Shown: piece after piece, positions 48,050 to 57,069 of the stretch
Numbering within the stretch: position 1 is the first letter of the stretch
How the letters are laid out: each line of letters starts with the position of its first letter
IMG/VR virus record: IMGVR_UViG_3300010885_037407
Coordinates: 1 to 64,000 of that record
Strand: one strand, 5' to 3'
Length of the DNA: 64,000 bases
Source: a virus
Program-made: the position numbers and the translations under genes
Notes under the pieces: model-generated
Databases searched by the model: none
Told to the model about the DNA's origin: nothing
What the model saw: only the letters and a program-made list of their open reading frames with translations

Positions 48050-48853
48050 TTAATATTTGCTAACTTCTTTAGCGTTTATAATTTCCAACGGTTTAACTAT
48101 TATTTCATTCCATAAATAAGTGGAATGGTCTGTGTCACTGCATAATGTAGCATTTGAGCATAAATTAGGTTCTTCTCCTTCTGGAAATCCTAATCTATAC
48201 ATATTTGCTGCTTTGTTACCTTTGTCAGTAACAATTGATTTTACATCAGATTTAAAAGCAGCTACTAATTTACCTTTGAGTTTAATTAGCACATTTGACT
48301 CTGGTCTAAAGAATTTTTTGTATTGTTTTGTAAAAGTAGATATTGCATAAATACCTCCATTGTCTATAGAGTCTTGCAAATTAGTAACGCCTTGCTCAGA
48401 CGTCCAATGCAATACTGTGACTGTATTATCTATGCTTCCATACACTTCTTTAGTAAATGTTTCATCTAATAATACAAATGGTTCTAAATCTCCCCGCGAA
48501 TAAAAATATGCTATTTTAATTGAATCAATATATGATTCTCCATGCTCATCAATGAAAAATGATTTAAACTCATCTCGCAATTGCCATGCTCTAGAATTCA
48601 CAAAATCTTCAATGAAATCTAATATATTCTTTTGAGTTAATAAATCATATCTTTGAGTTTCAACATAAAGTTGAAATTTGAAACAATCATTAATCAACTG
48701 CACTAATTCGTGATCATTGTCTATCACCCCACCTCTGGTATCAATACCTCGTTTTTCTAATTCAAGGAATTGTTTTGCTATTGCCTCCCATTCTGAAATG
48801 GTATGAAATGCTGATTCGGGGTGGACGTATCCTCTTACAGGGAAATTTTCCAT
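48050..48853 (-). CDS. Putative ADP-ribosyltransferase-fold protein
   Basis: LHWTS...ISTFT...WNEIIV triad-like motifs. Confidence 0.45.
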   Translation of the reverse strand: MENFPVRGYVHPESAFHTISEWEAIAKQFLELEKRGIDTRGGVIDNDHELVQLINDCFKFQLYVETQRYDLLTQKNILDFIEDFVNSRAWQLRDEFKSFFIDEHGESYIDSIKIAYFYSRGDLEPFVLLDETFTKEVYGSIDNTVTVLHWTSEQGVTNLQDSIDNGGIYAISTFTKQYKKFFRPESNVLIKLKGKLVAAFKSDVKSIVTDKGNKAANMYRLGFPEGEEPNLCSNATLCSDTDHSTYLWNEIIVKPLEIINAKEVSKY

Positions 48854-48889
48854 TTACTTTTCTTTTATATAAATATACAAAACAAAATC

Positions 48890-50515
48890 TTATCCTTCAC
48901 AGCTAACACACTCTAAAATATTTCTAGAAAATGATTGTGCTGAACTTTGGCTGAATTGATAATATAGTGTCTTAATGCCTTCTTCATGAGCATATAAATA
49001 TAACTGATTGATATCTTTTGCAGGAACACTTGGATGAATCATCAAATTTAAAGATTGAGATTGATCTATGAATTGCTGTCTTTGAGCTGCTTGTAATATA
49101 ATTTCTTTAGGAGATATTTCAATAAATGATTTGAAAACTTCTTTAGTTGGAAAATCTAAATGTTGCACAGATCCATCCTTTTTCAAAATGTCTTCCCATA
49201 CTTCTGGAGTATTCAATCCATACTTTTCAAGCTCTTGAATCAAATAAGGGTTTTTATAAATGGTTTTTGATTTAGCCAAATCCTTAATAAAGTAATTTGA
49301 TTTGATTGGCTCAATACCCATTGACACTTGACCTAAAATAAATGAACTTGATTTTGTAGGTGCTATTGCTACCAATGTAGTATTAGCATATCCATCTCTT
49401 AAAGATATATAACCTCTTCCATCATACAAACATTTTGATGCAGCCTCGCTTTTTTCTTTAATCGTTTTGAATATTTCATAATTCAAAGCTTTTGCTTGAA
49501 GCGATTCAAACGGAATTAGTTTTGATTGAAACAGTGAGTGATATCCTAAAACACCTAAACCTATTGCTCTATGCTGTTCGGCAAATCTATGTGCTCTAGA
49601 CATACCAGGCATCTTATAAGATTTATTAATGAACTCATCTATTACTGCATTTAAGAACTGTGTATATACTTCAATAGCATCAGTCTTTTTAAGTTCATCC
49701 CAATGTAATAAATTAATTGAACCTAAACAACATACAAATGAATTAAATGAATCTGTAGGTAATTGAATTTCGCTGCATAAATTAGATGCTGTAATGTCCA
49801 ATCCTAACTCTTTATATGGAGTATTTTTATTTGAATTGTCTTTGAACATTATATATGGAAATCCAAATTCATTTCGCTTTTGAATTATCTTTGCCCATAT
49901 TTTTCTTTTATCCGAATCCCCAGCTTTCATTTCTTCTAACCAAGCATCAGTTACTGTAATGCCATATTGCAAATTTTGAATAGGATTTCCTTCAGTGCCA
50001 ATATCTAAAAATTCTAGAATGTCGCCATGCTCTACAGGTAGCCATACTGCACAGGCTCCTCTTCTTGCCTCTGATTGTTTACATACATCTACTGTTGTAT
50101 CATATAATCTAGCATAATGCACAGGTCCGTCTGCGGTACCTCCCGTTGATATCTTTGCACCTCGTTCTCTAATGTTACCTAAATAAGCAGAAGTGCCTCC
50201 TCCATATTTAGACATCATTCCAATTTCACGACTTGCATTTAAAATACTGTTTAAAGTGTCATCTACATTTGACCCATAGCAGCTTATAGGTAACCCTTTG
50301 TCTTTTCCAAAATTTATCCAAACGGGAGTAGATAAACTATAAAATCCACGCGCCATATAATCTTCAAACTTCAAAGCAAAACCTTCAATTTTAAGATACT
50401 TTTCTGCTTTGTTAGCAATGTCTTTTATTCGTTGTTCTGGGGACTCTGTAATGTAACCTCTTGAAAGAAATGTTCGGCTATTTTCATTTAGCCAATCATA
50501 TTTTTTATATTCCAT
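48890..50515 (-). CDS. nrdA: Class I ribonucleotide reductase alpha subunit (no ATP cone)
   Basis: PISC, GGG, SNLCSEI, APT.SSS, KTLYY, C-terminal CVSC. Confidence 0.95.
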   Translation of the reverse strand: MEYKKYDWLNENSRTFLSRGYITESPEQRIKDIANKAEKYLKIEGFALKFEDYMARGFYSLSTPVWINFGKDKGLPISCYGSNVDDTLNSILNASREIGMMSKYGGGTSAYLGNIRERGAKISTGGTADGPVHYARLYDTTVDVCKQSEARRGACAVWLPVEHGDILEFLDIGTEGNPIQNLQYGITVTDAWLEEMKAGDSDKRKIWAKIIQKRNEFGFPYIMFKDNSNKNTPYKELGLDITASNLCSEIQLPTDSFNSFVCCLGSINLLHWDELKKTDAIEVYTQFLNAVIDEFINKSYKMPGMSRAHRFAEQHRAIGLGVLGYHSLFQSKLIPFESLQAKALNYEIFKTIKEKSEAASKCLYDGRGYISLRDGYANTTLVAIAPTKSSSFILGQVSMGIEPIKSNYFIKDLAKSKTIYKNPYLIQELEKYGLNTPEVWEDILKKDGSVQHLDFPTKEVFKSFIEISPKEIILQAAQRQQFIDQSQSLNLMIHPSVPAKDINQLYLYAHEEGIKTLYYQFSQSSAQSFSRNILECVSCEG

Positions 50516-50519
50516 ATTT

Positions 50520-51500
50520 TTAAAATAAATCGTCTTCTGTTATACTTTGGCTTTTTTTGTTGTAATCTATTGATTTTTTGTAAAAGAAATCTCCTTCTTT
50601 TGTAGAAGTAATTTCTACATCAAACCATAATGTTTTTTCAATCTCTTCAAAATCTACTTCAAAAATAGGTTTCATATCTATTTTTTGAAGTGAATTATTA
50701 AATCTGTTTTTAATAAAGTTTTTAATTGTATCTTTTGATAAAAACTCTAATTCGCCTTTTTCAAAAATCCAATCCAAGATTTTTACTTCTGCCTTATAAG
50801 CTTTTTTACATGCTGAATCAATTAATGTTTCAAATTCTTCATCAAACCATTCAGGATTTTCTTTTTTGATAATATTGATAATTTCAGCTCCGAAATTACC
50901 ATGAATTTCTTCTTCTTTAGATGTAGCTTCAACTACATTGGAAATTCCTTTAAATAAATTTCTTTCTTTATTGAAAGACATCATTGTTAAGAATTGACTG
51001 AATAGACTTACATGCTCTATAAATAAAGAAAATAACAATACTGATTTAGTGTACATTTTATTGTCTTTGCTTCTAGTACCATCTAAGTATTTAGTTAAAT
51101 AAGCTATTCTGTCTTTGATTGCTGGAATCTCTACTACATGTTGAAATTCTTCTTCTAATCCTAAAATTCTTAATAATTGAGCGTAAGCATCTTTATGCCT
51201 TACTTCAGATTCTGCAAATGTCATTCCTACATCTCCAATTTCTGTTATAGGCATTCTTTTGTAAAGATCTGCCCAAAATGTTTTTACGTTAACTTCAATT
51301 TGTGCTATTGCCAACATTGAACGTTTGATGACTTCTCTTTCGTCAGCTGTTATTTTTGTTTTGAAATCGTCAATATCAGTTGTGAAATTGAATTCAGTAT
51401 GAATCCAATATGAGTGACGAATAGCATCTTTATATGCTAACAAAGAAGGATACTCATAGGGTAAGATATTGACCCTAGGTATAAAAATGTTGTTGTTCAT
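50520..51500 (-). CDS. nrdB: Ribonucleotide reductase beta subunit, class Id-like
   Basis: LAIAQIEVNVKTFW, ESEVRHKDAY, IEHVSLFSQF, EEEIH. Confidence 0.93.
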   Translation of the reverse strand: MNNNIFIPRVNILPYEYPSLLAYKDAIRHSYWIHTEFNFTTDIDDFKTKITADEREVIKRSMLAIAQIEVNVKTFWADLYKRMPITEIGDVGMTFAESEVRHKDAYAQLLRILGLEEEFQHVVEIPAIKDRIAYLTKYLDGTRSKDNKMYTKSVLLFSLFIEHVSLFSQFLTMMSFNKERNLFKGISNVVEATSKEEEIHGNFGAEIINIIKKENPEWFDEEFETLIDSACKKAYKAEVKILDWIFEKGELEFLSKDTIKNFIKNRFNNSLQKIDMKPIFEVDFEEIEKTLWFDVEITSTKEGDFFYKKSIDYNKKSQSITEDDLF

Positions 51501-51560
51501 GTTGTGTGATTAGATTGGTTCGGTCCCTCCCTGGTATTATAATTATCAAATATTTTACTA

Positions 51561-52919
51561 TTATCCTAAATCATTTGACACTTCTTTGTATTTTTGTAAT
51601 AAACTTTTTCTTAATAATTCCTCTCCAGTTTGCATTTGTTTATTAGTATCTTTACCTTGAACAGAGGTCTCTTCATATATATGAATTTGCCCATTGCTCA
51701 TATTCATTTTCGACGGAAATGTAATTCCGTCAGGACCAAATCGATTTTTAATAATATGAAATCTACCTGTACCTGCTATTTTATCAGTTACCTTTCTTGA
51801 TAATGAAAGCACAAAATCTGCAATCATTACTTTGGAATAAGACTCTGATATCTTTCCTGCTTCAATAACATCATCTTCTAATGCACTTCTATTTGCTTGA
51901 GATGCTGTAAATAATGGAACTTCATACTCTCCTGCTACCCCACGTAAATCTTCATAAATAGATTCTAATTCATGACGCATTTCTTTTCTAGCTACTGCAC
52001 CTCTTAATAAATCTGCATAATCGACAATTAATAAATCTGGTTTTTTGCCAATTAAAATCATTTTTTCAATGTGAGCTCTAATGGTTGAGCATGAAGCTGT
52101 TTTGGTAGGATAGTATTTAATTACTAAATTACCTTTTAATTTTTCAACTGCAGCAGTAACTTCATCAATATTGTATTTTAAGTTTTGTGCTGCGATACCT
52201 GTTAGCACAGCATCATATCGCTGACCCACATAAGCATCATTTAACTCCAATGTATAATGTACTACATTTAATCCTGCTTTAATTGCATGAGCTCCTATGT
52301 TAATAAGACCCCATGATTTACCAATACCTGCTGGAGCTACGAATACAACTAATTCTCCTTTACCAAATCCTCCGTCTGCTAAATCATTAATAACAGGCCA
52401 TGGAGTAGGTATACATGCTCTTACATTATCCATATACCTTTCAGCAACAGATTCATTATATTCATGTCCTACTTCTTTATCAGCTCCTGCTTTCATTGCA
52501 GTATCAATAGCAGATTTAATTTCATCATATTGACCTTTTCGAAGAAGTTCAACTGAATCTAAAATTGCTCTTTTAATACATTGGTTCCTGCAGAAGTCGA
52601 CTGTTTCTAACTTAACAAATTCTAAATCATTGGATTCTAAATATCGATATGAATCTTTTAAAGTTTCAATAATAGATGTTTTGAGTACATCTCTATCAAC
52701 GTCATTCATTTTAATTTTAAATACATCTAGAGTTGGTGCACAAGCATACTCACTGAAATATTTAACTATAGTCTCTACAATCCATTGGTTGGCTTCTGAT
52801 TCAAAAAAGTCTGGCAATAAGATGTCAGCTACTTGTTGTAAAAATGCTTTGTCTGTTAACAAAGATGATACAATCTTAACTTGAAACCCGTGACCAAAAT
52901 TACTTAACTTATCAGACAT
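51561..52919 (-). CDS. Replicative DnaB-family helicase (gp41-like)
   Basis: APAGIGKS, TLEL, VDYADLL, ASQANR, KNRFG. Confidence 0.95.
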   Translation of the reverse strand: MSDKLSNFGHGFQVKIVSSLLTDKAFLQQVADILLPDFFESEANQWIVETIVKYFSEYACAPTLDVFKIKMNDVDRDVLKTSIIETLKDSYRYLESNDLEFVKLETVDFCRNQCIKRAILDSVELLRKGQYDEIKSAIDTAMKAGADKEVGHEYNESVAERYMDNVRACIPTPWPVINDLADGGFGKGELVVFVAPAGIGKSWGLINIGAHAIKAGLNVVHYTLELNDAYVGQRYDAVLTGIAAQNLKYNIDEVTAAVEKLKGNLVIKYYPTKTASCSTIRAHIEKMILIGKKPDLLIVDYADLLRGAVARKEMRHELESIYEDLRGVAGEYEVPLFTASQANRSALEDDVIEAGKISESYSKVMIADFVLSLSRKVTDKIAGTGRFHIIKNRFGPDGITFPSKMNMSNGQIHIYEETSVQGKDTNKQMQTGEELLRKSLLQKYKEVSNDLG

Positions 52920-52934
52920 ATTTTTTTATTTACC

Positions 52935-52966
52935 TAAATATATTATATTCATTTGTAACTAACAAT
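52935..52966 (-). promoter_or_regulatory. -33/-7 promoter upstream of the helicase
   Basis: ATTG-N20-TATATTTA. Confidence 0.55.
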
Positions 52967-54021
52967 TATTTTTGACTGAATGCGGCTAATGTTCCAAAAC
53001 TATTTGCTAGCCAAGAATCCACATTAGGAATAACTGCATATACTTTATCAGCCATAAACATTTGTTTAAAGTTAAAAGTATCCATTAATGGAATTTGTCG
53101 ATTTGCTATGTCAGCAATAATTCCTTTGTAATTAGCAGATATATCCAAATCTTCCAAAGACATTAGTGCCCAATTAAGTCTTAATTGAACTTCACAATCT
53201 ACTACAGTTTGATAAACTTTGTGAACTGCTTTGTTAGCTTTGCAATAATCTAAAATATCTTCTAATCCAATTGTATCATTACTTAATAACATTGGAAATT
53301 TAGACTGCATAGTCTTTATTCCAACACCTTTTATTCCTTTGATGTTATCTGAACCGTCGCCCATAAATACTTTATAATGAATAAAGTTATGAGAAGGAAT
53401 TCCAAATTTAGTAGCTACTTCATCTGGAGTATAGAACTTCTTTTCTACTGGTCTCCATACTGAAGTGTTTTTATCTACTAATTGAATAAAATCCTTATCA
53501 TCTGACATTATGATTACTTCACTTTGTTTAGGTCTGAATACTTCAGTTGCTAAATAAGCTATTGTATCGTCTGCTTCTATATTATCTATAGAAATAAGTG
53601 TCAATGGTAAACACTGTAAATATTCAGATAGCTTTGCCATTTGTTGTCGTAAGGATTGAATTTCCTGTTCTTGAGTTTGGTCTCCAACATCATCACGTCT
53701 ATTAAATCTAGTAGGTACTGACCTTCCTTCTTTATAGCCCGAGTGCATTTTCTTTCTTCTTGCAGAACCCCCTTTGCCATCAAATACAATTATACACCTT
53801 GTAGGTTTGAATTGTCTAATAATAGCAGCAATGGATCTTAAGAATCCTACATAACCTCCGATATGGTCACCATCGTCATTGACTAATGGTACCGCACTAA
53901 AACAACGAATAAAAGAATTCAGGCCGTCGACAATTAACACTTTACTGTCTTTGCCTAGGCCTGTTTCCTGTTTATCGTGGTCTTCGCGAATCTGTCTTAA
54001 TAAATCAGCGTAACCTTTCAT
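52966..54021 (-). CDS. 5'-3' exonuclease/flap endonuclease (T4 RNase H-like)
   Basis: IVDG, VFDG, YK..R, EADD, S.DKDF.QL, GD.SDNI.G..GVG.KT. Confidence 0.93.
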   Translation of the reverse strand: MKGYADLLRQIREDHDKQETGLGKDSKVLIVDGLNSFIRCFSAVPLVNDDGDHIGGYVGFLRSIAAIIRQFKPTRCIIVFDGKGGSARRKKMHSGYKEGRSVPTRFNRRDDVGDQTQEQEIQSLRQQMAKLSEYLQCLPLTLISIDNIEADDTIAYLATEVFRPKQSEVIIMSDDKDFIQLVDKNTSVWRPVEKKFYTPDEVATKFGIPSHNFIHYKVFMGDGSDNIKGIKGVGIKTMQSKFPMLLSNDTIGLEDILDYCKANKAVHKVYQTVVDCEVQLRLNWALMSLEDLDISANYKGIIADIANRQIPLMDTFNFKQMFMADKVYAVIPNVDSWLANSFGTLAAFSQK

Positions 54022-54027
54022 AACTAT

Positions 54028-55194
54028 TTAAGAGTCTTCTCCTTCAAATTCTGTTTCGATTTCAATATCATCTACTCCAAAATGTTCTCCGGCTTTGTAA
54101 TTAATAATGTACTTTTCACAAATTGTTCTATATACTTGATCTTTCATCTCTGGATCATCCATTAATTTAGTTTGGAAATCCTTTGATTGAAATTTGATTA
54201 TCTCTCCTGTGTCAGAGTTAGTATATGTATACCAAGCACCTGCCTGAGTAACCAAACCATGATTTTTCAACATGGTCAACCAAGAACCATAATCATCTAT
54301 ACCAGAGTCAAAATAAATTTCATAATCTACAGATCGTAAAGGCGGGCCCATACGATTTTTAACTACCTGAGCTCTTGTTGTTATTCCTAACACTGCTTCT
54401 GGAGCATCTGAAGATTTTGCTAATTTAATTTGACCTACTGATTTAAGACGTAAACGAACTGATGAGTGAAATGCTATTGCTTTTCCACCTGACGTTGTCC
54501 ATTGGTCACCAAATGATACTCCTAATCGAGTACGTAACTGATTTGTAAATATTAAACAAATACGCTCTCTACCAATGAAATTGGTAATTTTACGCATTGC
54601 TTTTGATAGGATAATTGCTTTAGAAGTTGCCCAACCGTCTTTGTCATAATCTGATGACATTTCTTGTTTTGTTGAAGCTCCTGCTACAGAGTCTACTACA
54701 ATAGTAACTAATCTATTTTTTGCATTCTTCCTAACTGATTCCACAATTGTTTCAATAGACTCGAATATGTCTTCAACAGTATCCAAAGGAACATATAACA
54801 TATCCTTTAAATTGATACCTATTGCTTCAAGGAACTCTCTAGAGATAGCATTTTCAGTATCAATATATACTGCTAATCCACCTTTCTTTTGAGTATCAGC
54901 TAAAGCATGTGCCGCTAATAGTGATTTTCCTGAAGCTTCTAAACCTGTGATTTCACAAATTCTTCCTACTGGTAATCCACCATTTGGTCTATTAGCAATA
55001 GCTAAATCTAACATTGTAGAACCTGTCGATATCCATTCTGTGACGTCTGACGGTGAATCTGAATCTCCTTCTAAAAAATAAGCTACTTTATAGTTAGAGC
55101 TTTTAAATTTCTTATTAAGGTTATCAGCTAACACTGACGCCAAGTCATCTTCTAATGCCGATGCTTCTTCTACTGGTTTTGTTTTTTTCGCCAT
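54028..55194 (-). CDS. recA: RecA/UvsX recombinase
   Basis: GLEASGKS, YIDTE, VVDSVA, FTNQLR, SGGKA, KNR. Confidence 0.95.
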   Translation of the reverse strand: MAKKTKPVEEASALEDDLASVLADNLNKKFKSSNYKVAYFLEGDSDSPSDVTEWISTGSTMLDLAIANRPNGGLPVGRICEITGLEASGKSLLAAHALADTQKKGGLAVYIDTENAISREFLEAIGINLKDMLYVPLDTVEDIFESIETIVESVRKNAKNRLVTIVVDSVAGASTKQEMSSDYDKDGWATSKAIILSKAMRKITNFIGRERICLIFTNQLRTRLGVSFGDQWTTSGGKAIAFHSSVRLRLKSVGQIKLAKSSDAPEAVLGITTRAQVVKNRMGPPLRSVDYEIYFDSGIDDYGSWLTMLKNHGLVTQAGAWYTYTNSDTGEIIKFQSKDFQTKLMDDPEMKDQVYRTICEKYIINYKAGEHFGVDDIEIETEFEGEDS

Positions 55195-55202
55195 AATTCT
55201 CC

Positions 55203-55227
55203 TAGAGAAACCTTTCGGTTTTCTCTA
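55203..55227 (-). terminator. GAAA-tetraloop hairpin between ssb and recA (terminator or processing stem)
   Basis: Minus strand UAGAGAAA(A)CC-GAAA-GGUUUCUCUA; no long U-tract. Confidence 0.55.
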
Positions 55228-56010
55228 CTATTGATTAAATAAGTTGTCGAATGCTGAAGCTACATCATCTACTTTTGCAACTGGAGCTGCATCAGCGATT
55301 CCTGCTTGATTTGCATTAACTGCTTTTGGAGCAGGGGCAGCACTTTCTTCGGCAGCATTTTCAGGATCTAACCAATTGTGTAACAATTTAGTCATTTCAT
55401 CATATGTGTACTCTTTGAAAATGTCTGTCGCTTTAGGTTGGTTACCTAACTTCTCTAATACACCTTTATCAGATGTTACAGGAGTTTGATTAGGTTTAAC
55501 GCGAATAGATGTTTCTGGGTATGATTTACCAGTTTGGTCAGCAGCTTTGAACTCTACAGATACATCACGTCCAGCAACTGGATCTGTGATATCTCCATAA
55601 TCAGGATCTGAAATAAATCCTAAAAGTTCTTGATATACTGATTTACCGAATCCCCAAAACTTAACTCCTTCAGATTCTTTACCTCTTACAATAATAGGCA
55701 CATAACAACGCATTGTTGGCTCTAATTTCTTACCAGCTTTCCAATCGTCCGAATTTCCTGTTGATTTAAGTTTGTCTCCAAATTCCATAATTGGGTCAGG
55801 GCGACCAAATGACATTGGAGATAGTACAGATTTTCCACCAAAGTTATAATGGAAATAAAGTTCAATAAATGGGTTCTCTCTGTTGTGTTGATAAGGTACA
55901 ATACGAACTACTTGAGTGCCTGGTTCAGGCTTCCATAAATTGTTTTGTTTTTGTGTTACATTTTGTAACGAGTTTAATTTTTGCTTGATAGCGTCTAAAT
56001 TAATAGCCAT
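55228..56010 (-). CDS. Single-stranded DNA-binding protein (gp32-like)
   Basis: WKP...VRIVP, FHY, DP, WGFGK.VY, D...G.D; acidic-aromatic tail AFDNLFNQ. Confidence 0.88.
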   Translation of the reverse strand: MAINLDAIKQKLNSLQNVTQKQNNLWKPEPGTQVVRIVPYQHNRENPFIELYFHYNFGGKSVLSPMSFGRPDPIMEFGDKLKSTGNSDDWKAGKKLEPTMRCYVPIIVRGKESEGVKFWGFGKSVYQELLGFISDPDYGDITDPVAGRDVSVEFKAADQTGKSYPETSIRVKPNQTPVTSDKGVLEKLGNQPKATDIFKEYTYDEMTKLLHNWLDPENAAEESAAPAPKAVNANQAGIADAAPVAKVDDVASAFDNLFNQ

Positions 56011-56045
56011 TTTGTTTAATTTTATTTGTTAATGAATAATTAATA

Positions 56046-56107
56046 ATTAGCAATTGCTGATGTAACTCGAGTGTCTAGAATGTTCTACTTACATTTCAAT
56101 AACTAAT
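56046..56107 (-). promoter_or_regulatory. Structured 5' leader of ssb followed by an AU-rich unstructured tract
   Basis: AUUAGUUAUUG/CAAUUGCUAAU, AUGUAA/UUACAU, inner UAGA/UCUA hairpin. Confidence 0.55.
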
Positions 56108-56113
56108 ATAACT

Positions 56114-56145
56114 TAAATATAAGGTAATCTTTTGATAGTACCTAA
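56114..56145 (-). promoter_or_regulatory. -33/-7 promoter of ssb
   Basis: TTAG-N20-TATATTTA. Confidence 0.6.
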
Positions 56146-56152
56146 TATTTTT

Positions 56153-56641
56153 TTATTTATTGTTTTTAGCATCTGTATAAACGGTTTTTAGCCATTTAAC
56201 GAATCCCATTTTTTCGTCTTGTTTGATATTTGGATATTCTTTGAAGAACTCCATTGCAAATTGATTGAATGTTGAAGCGTCTTTTGCCATTTGGTCAACA
56301 TCACTCATTGCAGATTCACTTAACTTACTTTCTTTAATTCCTAATATTGCATTTAATTCAGAAAGAACTAATTTAAGTTTGGTTGGGCTCAAAGTTCTTA
56401 AATATGCTAATCTATTATCCATTCCTGAAGATCCTTCATATCCCGTAGCTATCTTAACAGTTAATGGATTGAATTGACTTTGAGTTTTGTGCATAACATT
56501 TAAAATCTTTCTCTTATTAGCTTCATTGCCTTCAATTGTATTATGAATTTTACTAGCTAAATCTTTTTGTATTGTAGAAGCTTCATTTAATGCTTTTTTT
56601 ACTTCCTCTTTGATAAGAGCTTTGAATTCAGATGCTTTCAT
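56153..56641 (-). CDS. Putative head-internal protein with capsid-targeting-like leader
   Basis: MKASEFKALIKEEVKKALNE; internal IKE and LSE sites. Confidence 0.65.
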   Translation of the reverse strand: MKASEFKALIKEEVKKALNEASTIQKDLASKIHNTIEGNEANKRKILNVMHKTQSQFNPLTVKIATGYEGSSGMDNRLAYLRTLSPTKLKLVLSELNAILGIKESKLSESAMSDVDQMAKDASTFNQFAMEFFKEYPNIKQDEKMGFVKWLKTVYTDAKNNK

Positions 56642-56642
56642 A

Positions 56643-57026
56643 TTATAAATTTATGATTTGATATACTTTGGTATGAAGTATTTTTAATTCGTTATTTGAT
56701 GTTACTAGTAGTGAATTAGAATATTTTGTCCAATCCACAGAAAATTTAGTATCTAGCACTCCATTGTTTTCTTGACGAATTAACGCATTCAATGAATTGA
56801 TAGTATACATAGTGTTAGTTTCTTTTTTACGATGTACTAACATTGCTGCAGGTAATTGTTTTCTTGTATTACCTTTCTCTACATTGAAACTACATATAAG
56901 CTCCGGGCTGTCTTCAATAGATAATATGAAAATTCTTTTATACACAACCTCATAAGTTTTATCGATCATTTCTATTGAATTATCGATTAAGTCCTCCGTA
57001 GAGAAAACGCAGATTAATTGTATCAA
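56643..57026 (-). CDS. Conserved phage hypothetical protein (TTG start)
   Basis: QLICVF, VHRKKETNTMYTINSLN, W..Y.N. Confidence 0.75.
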   Translation of the reverse strand: MIQLICVFSTEDLIDNSIEMIDKTYEVVYKRIFILSIEDSPELICSFNVEKGNTRKQLPAAMLVHRKKETNTMYTINSLNALIRQENNGVLDTKFSVDWTKYSNSLLVTSNNELKILHTKVYQIINL

Positions 57027-57069
57027 AGCTTGTATATATTATAAGTGATTTTGTCATATATAAATATCG

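Noticed and set aside
37151-55194. Inteins or introns in PolB, RNR, helicase or RecA
   Set aside because: All have normal or compact lengths with contiguous motifs
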